DNA from: the human T2T-CHM13v2.0 reference genome, Homo sapiens | Direction: 5' to 3' (one strand) | Length of the DNA: 64,000 nucleotides | Assembly (NCBI RefSeq): GCF_009914755.1 | Contig: NC_060927.1 | Part shown: positions 40,868 to 54,915 of the stretch, piece after piece | Layout: the number at the start of each line of letters is the position of its first letter | How positions within the stretch are numbered: position 1 is the stretch's first letter | Made by a program: the position numbers and the translations under genes | Notes under the pieces: model-generated | The model's input: the letters and a program-made list of their open reading frames with translations, nothing else | What the model was told of the DNA's origin: nothing | The model's database searches: none

Positions 40868-41725
40868 TAAAGAGCAACATGAGTCCTAGGTCAGCAAAAG
40901 TGTGGTCTATTGTCAACAGAGAGGCTGCCCAGCAGCCTGCCCAGGGAACATGACACTTCTACACTTCTGGGGCACAGCCTGTGAGCATTCAGATGAGGTT
41001 CTGTTTGGAGATAGGGAGCTGGATCAGTTGATCAAGTCTTGGCAAATCTTGTTTACCTTGTACTAGATAGAAAGGTTCTCAGTCGGCTGCCATGCCCAGA
41101 CCCCTGACTGTTTGGGAAGCCAAGTTTTACCAGGTCCTGATGGTTTTCTCATTTATGATGGCAGCTATTTTTATAACACATATCCCTTGGGATTCAGAGA
41201 GAGCTAAGGCTGATGGGGAGAGGGGTGCTGAATTCCATGTTAAGGAGCTATAAGGAAACATTTTATACCCCATCCCCTATGCAAGTAAATTCAGTGACTA
41301 TCTATTCCTATAGCAATGAGCCCATCTAGAACAGCATGGCATTGTCTACCCACCAGTTTTTCACACAGGCCAAATGCACACCCAACCCTTCCCTCCAACC
41401 ACCACCAAAAAAAAAAAAAAAAAAAAAAAATAGCAACAGGAGAATCCTATTGGGTTTAGTGAATTGCCCCTTTACAAAACCTGCCATTATTTTGTGTTTG
41501 AAGCCCCACCCTTCCCTTTCCTCTTCAAAATACTTTATGGTATTTATTTATTTATGTCAAAGTAAACTGTGAAATTTTGAAGGGAAATACTTCATAATTT
41601 TTTTAATAATTAGGAAAGAGATAGACTTGTTAATTGTTTAATTATTAATTAAGTCAATATTTTTGAGCATCTGTACCATATTCTAGTCTAAGTAGAAATT
41701 AAAAATAAAAACATTTAATTATTCT

Positions 41726-42675
<950 letters not shown>

Positions 42676-43689
42676 ATACTAGGCACTGTGCTAGATTCTG
42701 TAGAGGCAAAAGTGTTTAAGATACAGTTCCTAGAAGTGTTTATTATTGCTCAGTAACAGAATATAAGAAAAGTCATGGGAAGCCCAAGGATTGAACCTCT
42801 ATATCTGTCTCCTTAAAAACTGGGGGAGGGTGATCAAGAGGATATCACAAAAAAAAAAAAAAAAAATCTGCCATTTGAGCTGATGTTTTAAGGATGGGGA
42901 AAGTCTTCCAGGTTGACCAAGATGGAGGTGGCAGTGAATAGTGGGTGGGCTTTGAAGACAAAGGCACAGAGGGTCTGAGCATAGGAAGGTTTCCTGGGGC
43001 CAAGGCCAGGCAGAGGGAAATAGGAACAGAAGGCAGTGAAGATGGTGGAGTTGGGAGGAGCCCACATGCTCCCAGAGTGTTCAGGAAAGTCAGTTTAGGC
43101 TGAGTGCAGGGCTTCGGGGAAGGATGCAGAGAAAGCCAAGGCTGAAAAGGGAGAAGAGGGACATAGAGAGGGGTCTGAAATTCCACACTAAGTAACTACA
43201 AGGAAAAATGATGAAAGACTTTGAAATAGACACACACTGAAGATTACTGGGAGTCCTTTCTGGCATACTCTTTGGGGCTACCTCCCCCTTTTATTGCCTG
43301 AGCTAATTTTACAGCACCGTAGGTTATAGCAGATAGCAGTGCAAATGACTCTTGCTCATGGAAATACAAATTTTGTCTAGTGGAGATGCACTGGATTAAG
43401 TGCCCTGTAGATATGGACCAATTGTGCCTTTATCTCTGAATTCATCTCAGTATTTCTGGAAGCATCTCACCCATGCTGTTGGTTTGGCTGTAGACTGCTA
43501 ATTCTCCTTGCTGCGTAGGATTCCACTGTGTGACTAGTCCATGGTTTATTGCCATTTCTACTGCTAATGCACACATAGGTGGCTTTCAGTTTGTTGCTAG
43601 TTTGGACAATGTTGCCGTGAAAATTTTTGTGCATGTACATCTCCTACAACGTGGATGCATTTTAAAAGTTTAGTCTTGAGCCAAACCAA

Positions 43690-43977
43690 AAAGTATGAAT
43701 CCAAATATGAAGATCAAAAATAGGCAAAGCTAAGCTATATTGTTTAGGGATGATATTTAGATTCAGTCAAACTATAGGGAAAAGCAAGGAAGTGATCACC
43801 ATAGAAGTCAGACTTGTGGTTCTTTGTGGGAGAGGAAGAGGCTGTGGTCAGGAAGGGACATGAGAGAGGCTTCTGGGGTTCTCTTTCTCAGCCTGGATGG
43901 TAGTAATGTGGGAAATTAAATCTAATACTTTGCTAACCCAGACATTGTTCTTTCAGTGTGTTGTATTTTGCAATAAA
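43690..43977 (+). mobile_element. Old L1M (L1ME-like) 3' end
   Basis: AAAAATAGGCAAAGCTAAGCTAT, ATAGAAGTCAG, CTGGATGGTAG, TGTATTTTGCAATAAA. Confidence 0.6.
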
Positions 43978-43997
43978 CAAAATACAACACACTGAAA
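43951..43997. repeat. Perfect 20-bp inverted repeat with 7-nt loop
   Basis: TTTCAGTGTGTTGTATTTTG-CAATAAA-CAAAATACAACACACTGAAA. Confidence 0.97.
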
Positions 43998-45904
43998 AGA
44001 GACTTTCCATTTTCTCCTTAAGCACACTTTAAGGGGAAAACAAAGGTGGTCTAGGAAGATGTTTAAAGACATATGATACAGCTTTTCTTCCTTACTCACA
44101 AGCTAAAAAGCTGCACTTTGGCCAAACAAGATGAGGGGGTCGAAGCATCAGCTGTGGCCAGCGTGCCGTGAGAATCCCACCTGTGAAGCAGCCAGCAGAT
44201 TCTGAGCCCCTCAAGAGGGCAGGTGGGATCAAGGTTCAGCTAGAAGCCCCAACTTTCCCCTGGCTCTTCTGGGCAGAGTGAGTGATGCCAGAGAGCCCAA
44301 CTTCTCGGAATGCCTGGGCTGTGCTGCTAGGAATCAGAACAAGTCCTTGGGAAAGGCAGCCAAGATCTGGATTCTGCCATTCTGGTTCCACTCCCTCCTA
44401 TGACCGTGACCTGCTGTGGAGCAGCAGAAGTTCCCCTCCTTGTTCAGCTCCTCCATTACAGGTGCTGGTTCCAAACGTCTCTGGACTCAGGATACTGGGT
44501 CAGAGGCTGGGGCTGGGGAGGAGCAGTTGGATGCCTGGATCCCAAGAAGGAGGTTTTTTGAGGCTAGGGTCTCTGGCTAGGGAGAACCATACCTGACATT
44601 GCCACTGTGCCATAGCTGCCTAGGGCCGGGCAGGCTTCCTCCTGGAATGGGGTGGGGTGAGGAAGGGGATAGACGATCGTCCTGACTGGGTCAGCTCTAA
44701 TACGTTCTTTGCTTTCCTGCCCCTACAGCTCTGGATTCTTCACAACCTCATTCAATAGTAGTCAGTGTTTTTCAGGTATCCAAACTTTCTGAGGCTCAGT
44801 TTCCTCATGACAACAACATATATCGTTTCTTGAGCATCAAAGATGGGTCAGGCAGTGTGTTTGGGACTTCCTATACCATGCCTTTAATCCTTGCAGAAAG
44901 TTGACACATACCCATTACATGGCTTCAAAGGCTGATGGACAATCTCCATTTTAAAAGCAGGAAACAGACTTAGCAAGCCCAGTGCACAGTCACCAAGTGC
45001 AGAGCCAGGACTTCATTCCTGACTTCATTCCTTCATTCCAAAGCCAAGCTGCCTATGTCCCCATCTGTGAAGTGGGGCCAGCTGAGGAGCAGGGTTCAGG
45101 AGCAGACTTTGTGGAGACTGGCACGTGGCTGATGGATAGTAGGTGCTCCCATCCCAGAGGTGTGGCAAGTGCCAGGTAAGCCTGAGCACTAAGAAGAACC
45201 ACACTGAAGTTGGGCTGAGACTATTTCCTGCCCTGCCTTCCTTTGTGAAAATAAAGCCAAGCAAAGAGGAAGATGAAAGAATCCACCCTAGCCTTCCTGA
45301 GCCCATTTCTCATTCCCAGCGGTTTTGAACCCCAATCCACTGCCCCCATTCCCAACCCACAGTGGTCCTCAAGGCTCTCCAGCACAGGTCCGTCACCCAC
45401 CCTGCCTCCTCTCAGGAAACCCAGCTCCCTCCAAAGCGCCCTCTGGGCCTGGGATGCCCTGAGCAATGCAAGCTTTCTTGCCTGCTTTCACGTGGTTCAA
45501 TTTTCCTTTTTTTTTGGCTCAATTTTTTTCTGCCTCAAGTTTTCTACCTCAAGTATTTCAAAAATTAATTTTTTTTTCTTTTCTTTTTTTTTTTTTTTTT
45601 TGTGGAGTGGGTGTTGAAAGAATCCTAAACTTTCTTAGCCATTCTCTGGACTGAGCTATAAACTCACAAAGCAAGGATTGCAGGCTCTGTGAGGCTGTGA
45701 TTGCCAGAGGCAAGGCAAGAGAAATAACAAGCCGTGGTCAGTCCTCAGCTGGGGCCTCTGATGGATTTCCTCCTGTCTTGCACTCATAATTTCTTTCTGA
45801 AGACCATGTTTTCCACCCACACAAACCTGAGCCTGAGTATCCTCACAATGGTTATAACAACATATATCAAAATTGAACACTAAATTTGTGCCAGGAATTT
45901 ATTA

Positions 45905-46140
<236 letters not shown>

Positions 46141-46881
46141 ACCCATAGATGGTACAAAAAGTGGAAGAAAAAGGAAAAAAAAACCCATGAAACTATCTGC
46201 AATGCAGTTTCCTAGAATCAACCACAGTAATCTTTTAGCTTTTCTCTATCTAAATGTTATACATATTTTATATTTATATTAAGTGCATTTATATTTATAT
46301 TAAAATACAGATACAAATTTAAAAACTCTTTATTATTAAATTTTCAAATAAAAAGCAACTTTTCAAATAAAAGCAGCGAGAACCTCCTTATACCCAACAC
46401 CTGGCTTCAACTATTAGCAACCCATGGTCAATATTTCCTCTATTTCCCACTTAATGTCTCTACTGAATTATTTAATTTCACCCATAAACACTTGTGTGCG
46501 TCTCTAAAAGTTAAGGACTCTTTTTTGAAAAAGACTTTAATACAATTTCTCATCTCAAAAAATTAGCAATAATTCCTCAACAGCATCCAGATGCAATTTT
46601 TCATGCTTTTTTCAGTTAGTTTAAAATCATGAGCTTTTCTCCATGTCTCTAAAATGTAATTACTAATGCTTCTAATACTATTCCACCAGGTTGAGTGTAT
46701 TATAAATGATCTGATCACCCCTTGCCTCCCACTCTTCCATCCCCTTGGACATATTTAGGCTACAACATCCCCAGGAAAATGGTTTCCATTGTCTGCACGT
46801 AAGCAAACAGGCATTATTAACCTATTAGCTGTCCACTGCTCCACCCCACCCACAGGTACCCAACTAGTCCTGTGCACCTAC

Positions 46882-46964
46882 CTGGCGTGGACTGCCAAGG
46901 GAACCTCTGGATCTGCCAGTCAGCCACCCTGTCCTGCTCAGACTTTACCAGAGACGAGTATTTC
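46882..46964 (-). other. CX3CR1: CX3CR1 major non-coding first exon
   Basis: Minus strand GAAATACTCGTCTCTGG...GGCAGTCCACGCCAG|GTAGGT matches the CX3CR1 mRNA leader as I recall it, which joins to GCCTTCACCATG. TSS approximate. Confidence 0.88.
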
Positions 46965-47176
46965 CCTTTCCTTCCCTCTAAGAGCATTTTATTTGCAGAG
47001 TTAGCCAATAGTATCTTGTTTCCTGTAAGGGAGACTATCTTTAGATGCTGCCACAGGCAAGCTCAGATACTCCAGGGTGGAGGCCAGCTGCCAACAGGAG
47101 GGCCTGACTTTATAAACCTGGAAGATCTAAACCTCAGGGAAGACTGCGGAGCTGGAGGGAGAGAGGTGCCACTTAC

Positions 47177-47300
47177 CCCAACCTGGAGGTGGGGGGCAGG
47201 GAGCAGGCCCTGCAGTCAGCAAAGCACAGCACAGTCAGCTCCCATTAATGGGGAGCCTTCAGGAAGCTGGGAGAGCTCATGGGGCCCTCAGCTTCCCTGC
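47177..47300 (-). other. CX3CR1: Probable alternative non-coding first exon (5' end unknown)
   Basis: Consensus donor TGGG|GTAAGT at 47177/47176. CX3CR1 is known to have several alternative first exons. Confidence 0.55.
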
Positions 47301-47349
47301 CCACGAGAGGGAGCCCAGAGTACTCACTGGACCACACTGGGGCACACAC

Positions 47350-47495
47350 AGCTCTTCTCCTCAAAGTGCAGTCCCAGGCACTGGGAGCTTATTAAAGACA
47401 GCACCTCAAGCCCTGCCCTATATCTGCTGAATTAGAATCTGCATTTTAATGAAATTCTTAGAAGAGTGATATGCATACTAAGTTTGAGAAGCTTT
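47350..47495. mobile_element. MER5-family hAT MITE in the promoter region
   Basis: CTGAATTAGAATCTGCATTTTAA...AAGTTTGAGAAGC. Confidence 0.65.
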
Positions 47496-47970
47496 GGTAC
47501 TGAAGGCATCTAGTGAGTACCTTGCACCTTGTAGATGCTCGGTAAATATTTTTTTCCTCACCTCTCTGCCCCAAGGCATTTAGTGGCTCCCTATACCCAT
47601 CAGTCAAGGCTGAGGACACAGCTTTCACCCAGGACCTGGCCTATGCTCCTTTCACAGTCTCTCCCCCTGCCACTCTTGCCCTGCAGTGGGGAGCCTGGTG
47701 GGCTCCGGCATCCAGCCATGCTTCTGCTCCCTGGCCTGGCCAGCTTGGGGCGACTGCAACGTGAATCTCAACTGCCACTGCCTCATCACCTTCCGATCAC
47801 TTCATTACCTGCCTGACCCCTGGCATATGCTATATAATTCTGATCCATCCCTAACTAGGGCCTGGCCCATGGTGGCCTTCAATACACCTTCATTAAATGG
47901 TCCGTGACCCCTTCAAGGCCCCTCTGGCCCCTTGCTGCCCACATCCCAGCCACATCCGGTGCTCCCTTAC

Positions 47971-48080
47971 CTCTAGTCGCTGTGGTGTTCCGAGGACAGC
48001 GGGTGCTCTGTGTGCTCCCCACCTTGCCCCTCCTCACCTCCCCCAACCCCAGGACAGAGCTGGGGGCTGCAGTGCAGTGC
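47971..48080 (-). other. CX3CR1: Probable alternative non-coding first exon (5' end unknown)
   Basis: Strong donor GAG|GTAAGG at 47971/47970 in a GC-rich promoter-like region. Confidence 0.6.
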
Positions 48081-48536
48081 TGCGGGCTTGGTGGCCTGCT
48101 CGTGGTGGAAGAAGTCCACCAGCAGTTTTCTTTCTTTGTTCTTGGTCTCAGTGTTTGGCCACCTTTCCCTGCCTTTGGCCAGAAGGCCACAGGACAAAAG
48201 CAGAGTCAGGCCGCTCCCCATCCACTTTCTGACACTGGCCCCTCCCCACCCCACACCACCCCGTGATACCTCTCCTGGGCTCCACTCAGCTGGGCTGGCT
48301 GCCTCAGCCCCTTCCTTGCCTCTGACTCCCCTCCTCTTCTGAGGGCTCCTTTCTTGGATCTGGCCAAGACTCTCCCTCTCTTCCTGTCCCACACTCTTGA
48401 CGACAGTCTCATCCACCCCACATCAGTAATCCCCTCCGTGTTCATGAGCACACATCTCTACCTCCATCCAGGGCCTGGATAATTTCCCAAGCCCATCTAA
48501 CCTTCTCCGTTCTCTGTCTTTCCTCTCACCACTTAC

Positions 48537-48623
48537 CCCACTGGCCATTCTCCACCCAGAAGCCAGAGAGCTCTTCCTGAAATCCAAGTCTGCCAACTTC
48601 AACGCCTCCAGGGGTTCTCTCAT
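48537..48623 (-). CDS. CX3CR1: Coding part of the upstream alternative exon giving the N-terminally extended CX3CR1 isoform (MREPLEALKLADLDFRKSSLASGWRMASG + AFT + MDQF..., 387 aa; internal ATG gives +7 aa)
   Basis: ATG at 48623, 87 nt to donor GGG|GTAAGT, plus 9 nt of the coding exon = 32 in-frame codons. Matches the known long-isoform N-terminus. Confidence 0.88.
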
Positions 48624-49817
48624 CCTGGTTTAAGTCCACGGCCTGGTAAGCACGGCCCGCCCCTTCTCACTTCCTACTGTGCTCTCACCACTTCCACTTC
48701 CCCCAACATGCCTGTGCCCGTGGCAGGCTCTCTTCCCTTCCCAACTCACCTGGCTGTCCTGTCCAGGACGTGATTTTACCCTCTTTTAAAGCTAACGGCT
48801 ATGTTCCACAGCTGCTAGCAGCACAGGGCTTCATGCTTGGCAAGCATGAGAACCAGCGTCCAGTGTCAGTTGCCTTGCCCCCAAGCCCCACAGAGTGATG
48901 CCATGGCTTGGATAGATACCTGTGAATGTGTGAGGGATGGGGAGGTTATAGGAAGGGAACTCTGACCTTGGGTAACGTGCCATTTTATAGCAAGCAGTAA
49001 GCAAGTCGGTTATTTGGCCCTGAGCGAGATGTCAGCTCATCCTTCAAGGTTGCTCACTGCAAACTCAACCCTGCAAGATGGACCAAGTGAAGAGCATTAG
49101 TGCTTTGCATTCTTGACACACTCATGGAGACAGAAAGAGCCTTGGCAGCCTTCCCCCTCCCTCCACGCCTCCTTGGGCCTCTGTAAAGGAGTCTCTGGCT
49201 CTGCGCTGGGAATTCTCTCCTCCCTGAACTCTTGTTCAACCCCTCCCCCGTACTCTCACTCTGGTACAGCCTTATTCCTTAGATCCCCGTCTTCATCTCT
49301 CTTTCTGCCCAGCCCCTTTGGCTTCACTCTCTGTTGGAGCTGACCCTTGTTCACAAGTTCTTTGTCATTCTGCATTTCTCTTCCAGTTGAGACAGTAAAT
49401 GCAGAGGACAGTTTGGTTTCTGCTGGGCGGAGAAATGAGAGTGTGGTGGGCTGGCTCAAAGGCAGGAGGCCAGACAGAGAGGCTGTGAGGATGGTGGGGA
49501 CACCCTGGACAGTGATGGGTGTCCCCACCCATCACTGCAGGCACCCATCACACAATGCAGGCAAGGACTGGAGACTTGGTGTGAATAAAGCTTTGTGGGA
49601 ATGTGGGGTAGAGATGCAGAAAAGGAGAGTGAGAATGTGATTCACCTTAATTGCCAAACCAAGATACTTCCATGTTCTTCTGTGGGCCCTGGAGAAATTT
49701 GGGAATAATTACATAAGCAATTGTGCAGCACTAGGTCTGCCTGAGGCAATGTCCTAAGTCCTCGATGTACATGAACTCATGTAGTGCCCCCAGTGACCCT
49801 ATGATGCAGGTGCTAAT

Positions 49818-50118
49818 GTTTTTGTTTTTGTTTCTTTCAGACAGGGTCTGGCTCTGTTATCCAGGCTGGAGTGCAGCCACATGATCATAGCTCACTGCAT
49901 CCTTGATCTCCTGGGCTCGAACGATCCTCTCACCTCAGCCTCCCAAGTAGCTGGAACTACAGGCACACATCACCACACCCAGCTAATTTTTGTATTTTTT
50001 GTAGAGACAGAGTTTCGCCATGTACCCAGGCTGCTCTTGAACTCCTGAGTTTGAGTGATCCTTCTGCCGCAGCCTCCCAAAGTGCTGGGATTACACGTTT
50101 AAGCCACTGTGTGTGGCC
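49818..50118 (-). mobile_element. AluJ
   Basis: Diverged reverse-complement Alu. Confidence 0.85.
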
Positions 50119-50427
50119 GCAGGTACTATTATTATCCTCATCTTATATGTGAGGAGTTTGAGACAAGGAGGAGAAGTTATGTAACTTGTACAAGACCACA
50201 CAGCTCATGTGTGGTAGGGCCAATATTTGAACTTAGCATTGAGGTTTTATGGTCTATGCTGTGCATTCTTAGTAGAGGTGGTATTACTTCCAAGGTGGCG
50301 AAAATTGGTTCTGGAAGGTTCTTGTGCTTTATGTATAAAACACAGATATACATATAGTAGCTAAACCAATAGCATATCTGTGGAATAAAATTCCATGGTA
50401 GGGGGAGGTGAGTAAGAATGTAATGTG

Positions 50428-51010
<583 letters not shown>

Positions 51011-51079
51011 AAAAGAATATAATAGCTAAAAGGACTTGTTGGGGAGTGATTAAAAAAAGCTGAGAAACCATTGTCTAAG

Positions 51080-51362
51080 TTTTTTTTTTTTGTTTGTTTG
51101 TTTTTAGACAGGATTTACTCCCATCACCCAGGCAGAAGTGCTGAGGTCCGCCTCCTGGGTTCAAGCTATTCTTCCACCTCAGCTTCCCGAGTAGCTGGGA
51201 TTACAGGAGCCTGCTACCACATCTGGCTAATTTTTGTATTTTTAGTGGAGATGGGGTTTCACCACGTTGGCCAGGCTGGTCACGAACTCCTGACCTCAAG
51301 TGATCTGCCCACCTTGGCCTCCCAAAATGCTGGGATTACAGGCGTGAGCCACTGCGCCCAGA
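51080..51362 (-). mobile_element. AluS with internal deletion
   Basis: TSD AGAAACC(A/C)TTGTCTAAG. Confidence 0.85.
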
Positions 51363-51983
51363 CAAGAAACCCTTGTCTAAGGTCTTAATCAGACCACTCT
51401 GCTACCTCCCAGTTTAAAGTCTGGGGATTAGAGGGTGACATGACAAAAGTAGTCTCTTCAGAAAAATCAATCAATGGGTGGGTGTGAGGGAAACAGCTGC
51501 ATAAAAGGGAAGGAAAAGACGTACATCAAGGACTTCTCCATGCCAGGCCCTGTGCGAGGCACATTGTCCATTATATCTCTTTTTTACTTTCACTTTCTAG
51601 TCAGGTATTATTTTTTCCATTTTCAGATGATGAAATGGGGAGAAAAGAGCAATGAGTCCTAGGCCACACAGCTGAAAAAGGGTCAAGTCAGGATTGGAAC
51701 TTCCTGCCCAGATGCAGGCAGGGAACAGCAAGAGGGGAGCCAAAGCAGTGGGTGGTGGAAGACGGAGAAGGGATCTCGCTACAGGAAAATGCATAGAATT
51801 GTAAAGGACCAGACACGTTGAGGGTCAAGTGAGCATCCAAAGGCTGTGTTGCCATTGACAAGTCGAAAGCAATATGCTGGGAGATTTCAGAAGCAGAAAA
51901 AAAGTCTCTCTTTCCTCTTCTCCCCTAAGAGGACAAAAGATCTTCTCCCTCTAAGAGGAGAAAAGATCAGACTTAGAAAATTA

Positions 51984-52299
<316 letters not shown>

Positions 52300-53269
52300 T
52301 GGAAAGTTGGAGAGGAGTAAATGTAGACAAAGTAAGTGCTATTTACTACCTCCTTCTGTCCCAATGTTTACATTTAACATCATCTGTGGCAATTTTCAGG
52401 TTTGTTTCATAAATTCTGCTCAACAGTGATTAAAAGCACTTCCCCTTTGGAACCATAGCAAACAGGATCTGGCAAGGAACTCCAGGAGTACTTAGGATAA
52501 ACTATTTTTTAGGCATCATTCAACTTTTGCTTTGCAATACTTAAAAATATCTGTCTGCAGACAGTATATGTCATTTTTTAAAATTTAAAAATTAAAAAAT
52601 CTGCTCTCTCACCAAATATGGCATGTGTTTCCATTAAAGTGGAACTTACCAATGGAAGAATAATGGAAAATGAATAAATGAACTACAATCTTGAATTTTA
52701 AAACATGCCCATTTTAGCCCTTTGAAATACACAGGTAATTCAAATTAATTGCCAAAATGTCTTTATATTGTTTGCTGATATTATGGAGAGTCTGCTTTAA
52801 AAAATAAGGAAAATAATAGTTGTCTCTCACAAACAGCTTTAAAACAGCCTTTTCTGTCCTCGCTGTACAGATAATATAACGTTAAATAACTAGGGCAATA
52901 AAGTATCAGAACTCATGAGTCTGTATCATTGGCCAGATATTGAAAAATAAGCTGCCAGATTAGCCAGCTGGCCAGGGTATAAGTGCACCTACAAGATAAC
53001 CTTACATGTGGCATTGTATGACTACAGAAGTGACAGGTAGATTTCCTAAACTATTGCTTTCAGGATTTTACTTATTTCAAAGGGTCATTCCAAAAACAAA
53101 AGCCAAGGGGCTTATAGTACAGTGCAGAGGTGAGGAACACGTCCAGAGGCAGCCTTGCACTTGCTGACACAAATGCAGCAGGTTCACTGACACGAAGAGA
53201 CTAATAACAGGTGATCTTATGGATATTTGGGAGCTGCAGTGGATACTGTTTAATATAAGACTATAATTG

Positions 53270-53580
<311 letters not shown>

Positions 53581-54327
53581 GACTATAATTGGACCACAAA
53601 TGAAGTTGGGGGGTGGGATTCTGGGTCCAGTGTGAGCCAAATTAGCTCCTGATAAACTCTCTCAGTTGGACAAACTTGAATCAAGAATTTTAGACACCTC
53701 AGCTACACTTTTTCATCCTTTAGAGGATTAAGTAATCCTTTACCTGAACTGAAACTTGTTTCAAAAGTACAAGATGCAAACATAGCAAAGGCTGTGAAAG
53801 AAACATCTGACCATCTACTTTCTTAGCATTCAGAATATCTGAAATAAGCAGATATTTGGCTGCCGTTGTCAATGAAAACTTAAACAGTATGAAATTGTAG
53901 TTGTGGCTACAAGTGAATACAGGGAAGCCGGGCTGGAGAGTGTTGCACAGCCGTCAACCTGTGGTTATAGCAAGAAGCCCTTTCTTAGGTACTTTTGTCC
54001 ATCTCTATTCTTTTATAACAACAACAAAATGGCTGTGCTAAGTAAAACAATCTGTATTTTATTCAGAGCCAGCTTCTAATCTCCTTGACTCTAAAACAAA
54101 ATATCAATATTTATTTCTGCTTGATCTAGCTGCCAAAAGACTCTTGTCTATATAAATCACACTCACAGTTTTATCTATGTTTAAGGTAATGAAGACCTAA
54201 TCTATATGTGGCTGTAGAAGGTATTTATTTTGCTGTTTACTGTCGTGCAGATGTAGTTGGTAGAGCAGGTGGTAGGTCCTCAAGCGACCGTTTGGCCAGG
54301 AGGGAGTGTTTGGTGTCCAGCAAGCAG

Positions 54328-54343
54328 TGCTGAGTCATTTCAC
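54328..54343. promoter_or_regulatory. Overlapping MARE/ARE and AP-1-IRF composite (AICE2) motif
   Basis: TGCTGAGTCATTTCAC = TGCTGAGTCA(T) on plus, GAAATGACTCA on minus. Confidence 0.4.
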
Positions 54344-54860
54344 TCGGTCAATACACTTGGTGATGGAACCTGCAGTAACATTTCAATTTAGAAAGAGCCA
54401 AATGGAGATGCCATGCTCACTCCAAAGTTTCTGACACTCTGCTTGGTAAACGGACTTCAGATTGTTTTAGTGCCTTCAGCACATTTATTTTTGACAAATT
54501 TGGAATATCCTTGAAACTGAATTGGGCACAAGGAGGTATATATTTCAATAATTTGAATGGGTCAAATGGAAGGTTCACGTATTCTCCTTTCAAAAGTGTT
54601 TTAGATCAATGATCAAGATTTTGTAAATCTACAATGTTGAGTTAATTTTACCCACATGCAAAAGAGGCTGAGAGGTATATTTCCTTGAAGCCAGTACATA
54701 TTCTATAGCTTAAGTGTATGTCTGGGTCCCAGGAAGAAGCTGATGTTTGTTGAAATCACACATTCGGCAACATGGCTATAATTCCTGGATGGTGACATTT
54801 CACCAAAGGAAGCAACTTAGGATGTGAATTAAGCAACAGTTGTCATATTCAAAAGCTCAC

Positions 54861-54915
54861 GTATGTGTGTGTGTGAGAGAGATGATTTAATGTGTGTGTG
54901 TGTGTGTGTGTGTGT
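54861..54915. repeat. (TG)n microsatellites
   Basis: Two TG runs separated by GAGAGAGATGATTTAA. Confidence 0.9.

Larger units (their letters stand above)
46965..48750 (-). promoter_or_regulatory. CX3CR1: CX3CR1 multi-promoter region
   Basis: Cluster of first exons. TATA-like AATAAAA about 25-30 nt upstream of 46964. ETS-type GGAA cores at 46965-46978 and 48668-48704. G-rich tracts. Confidence 0.7.

Noticed and set aside
46872-47435. 187-aa plus-strand ORF across the promoter
   Set aside because: Non-ATG start, GC-rich chance ORF ending in MER5; no homology recognised.
53008-53025. Reading VALYDY, resembling an SH3 domain start
   Set aside because: A stop follows after four more codons, and I found no convincing in-frame continuation (ELSF or WW motifs). 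A 6-residue match is compatible with chance; TBLASTN would settle it.
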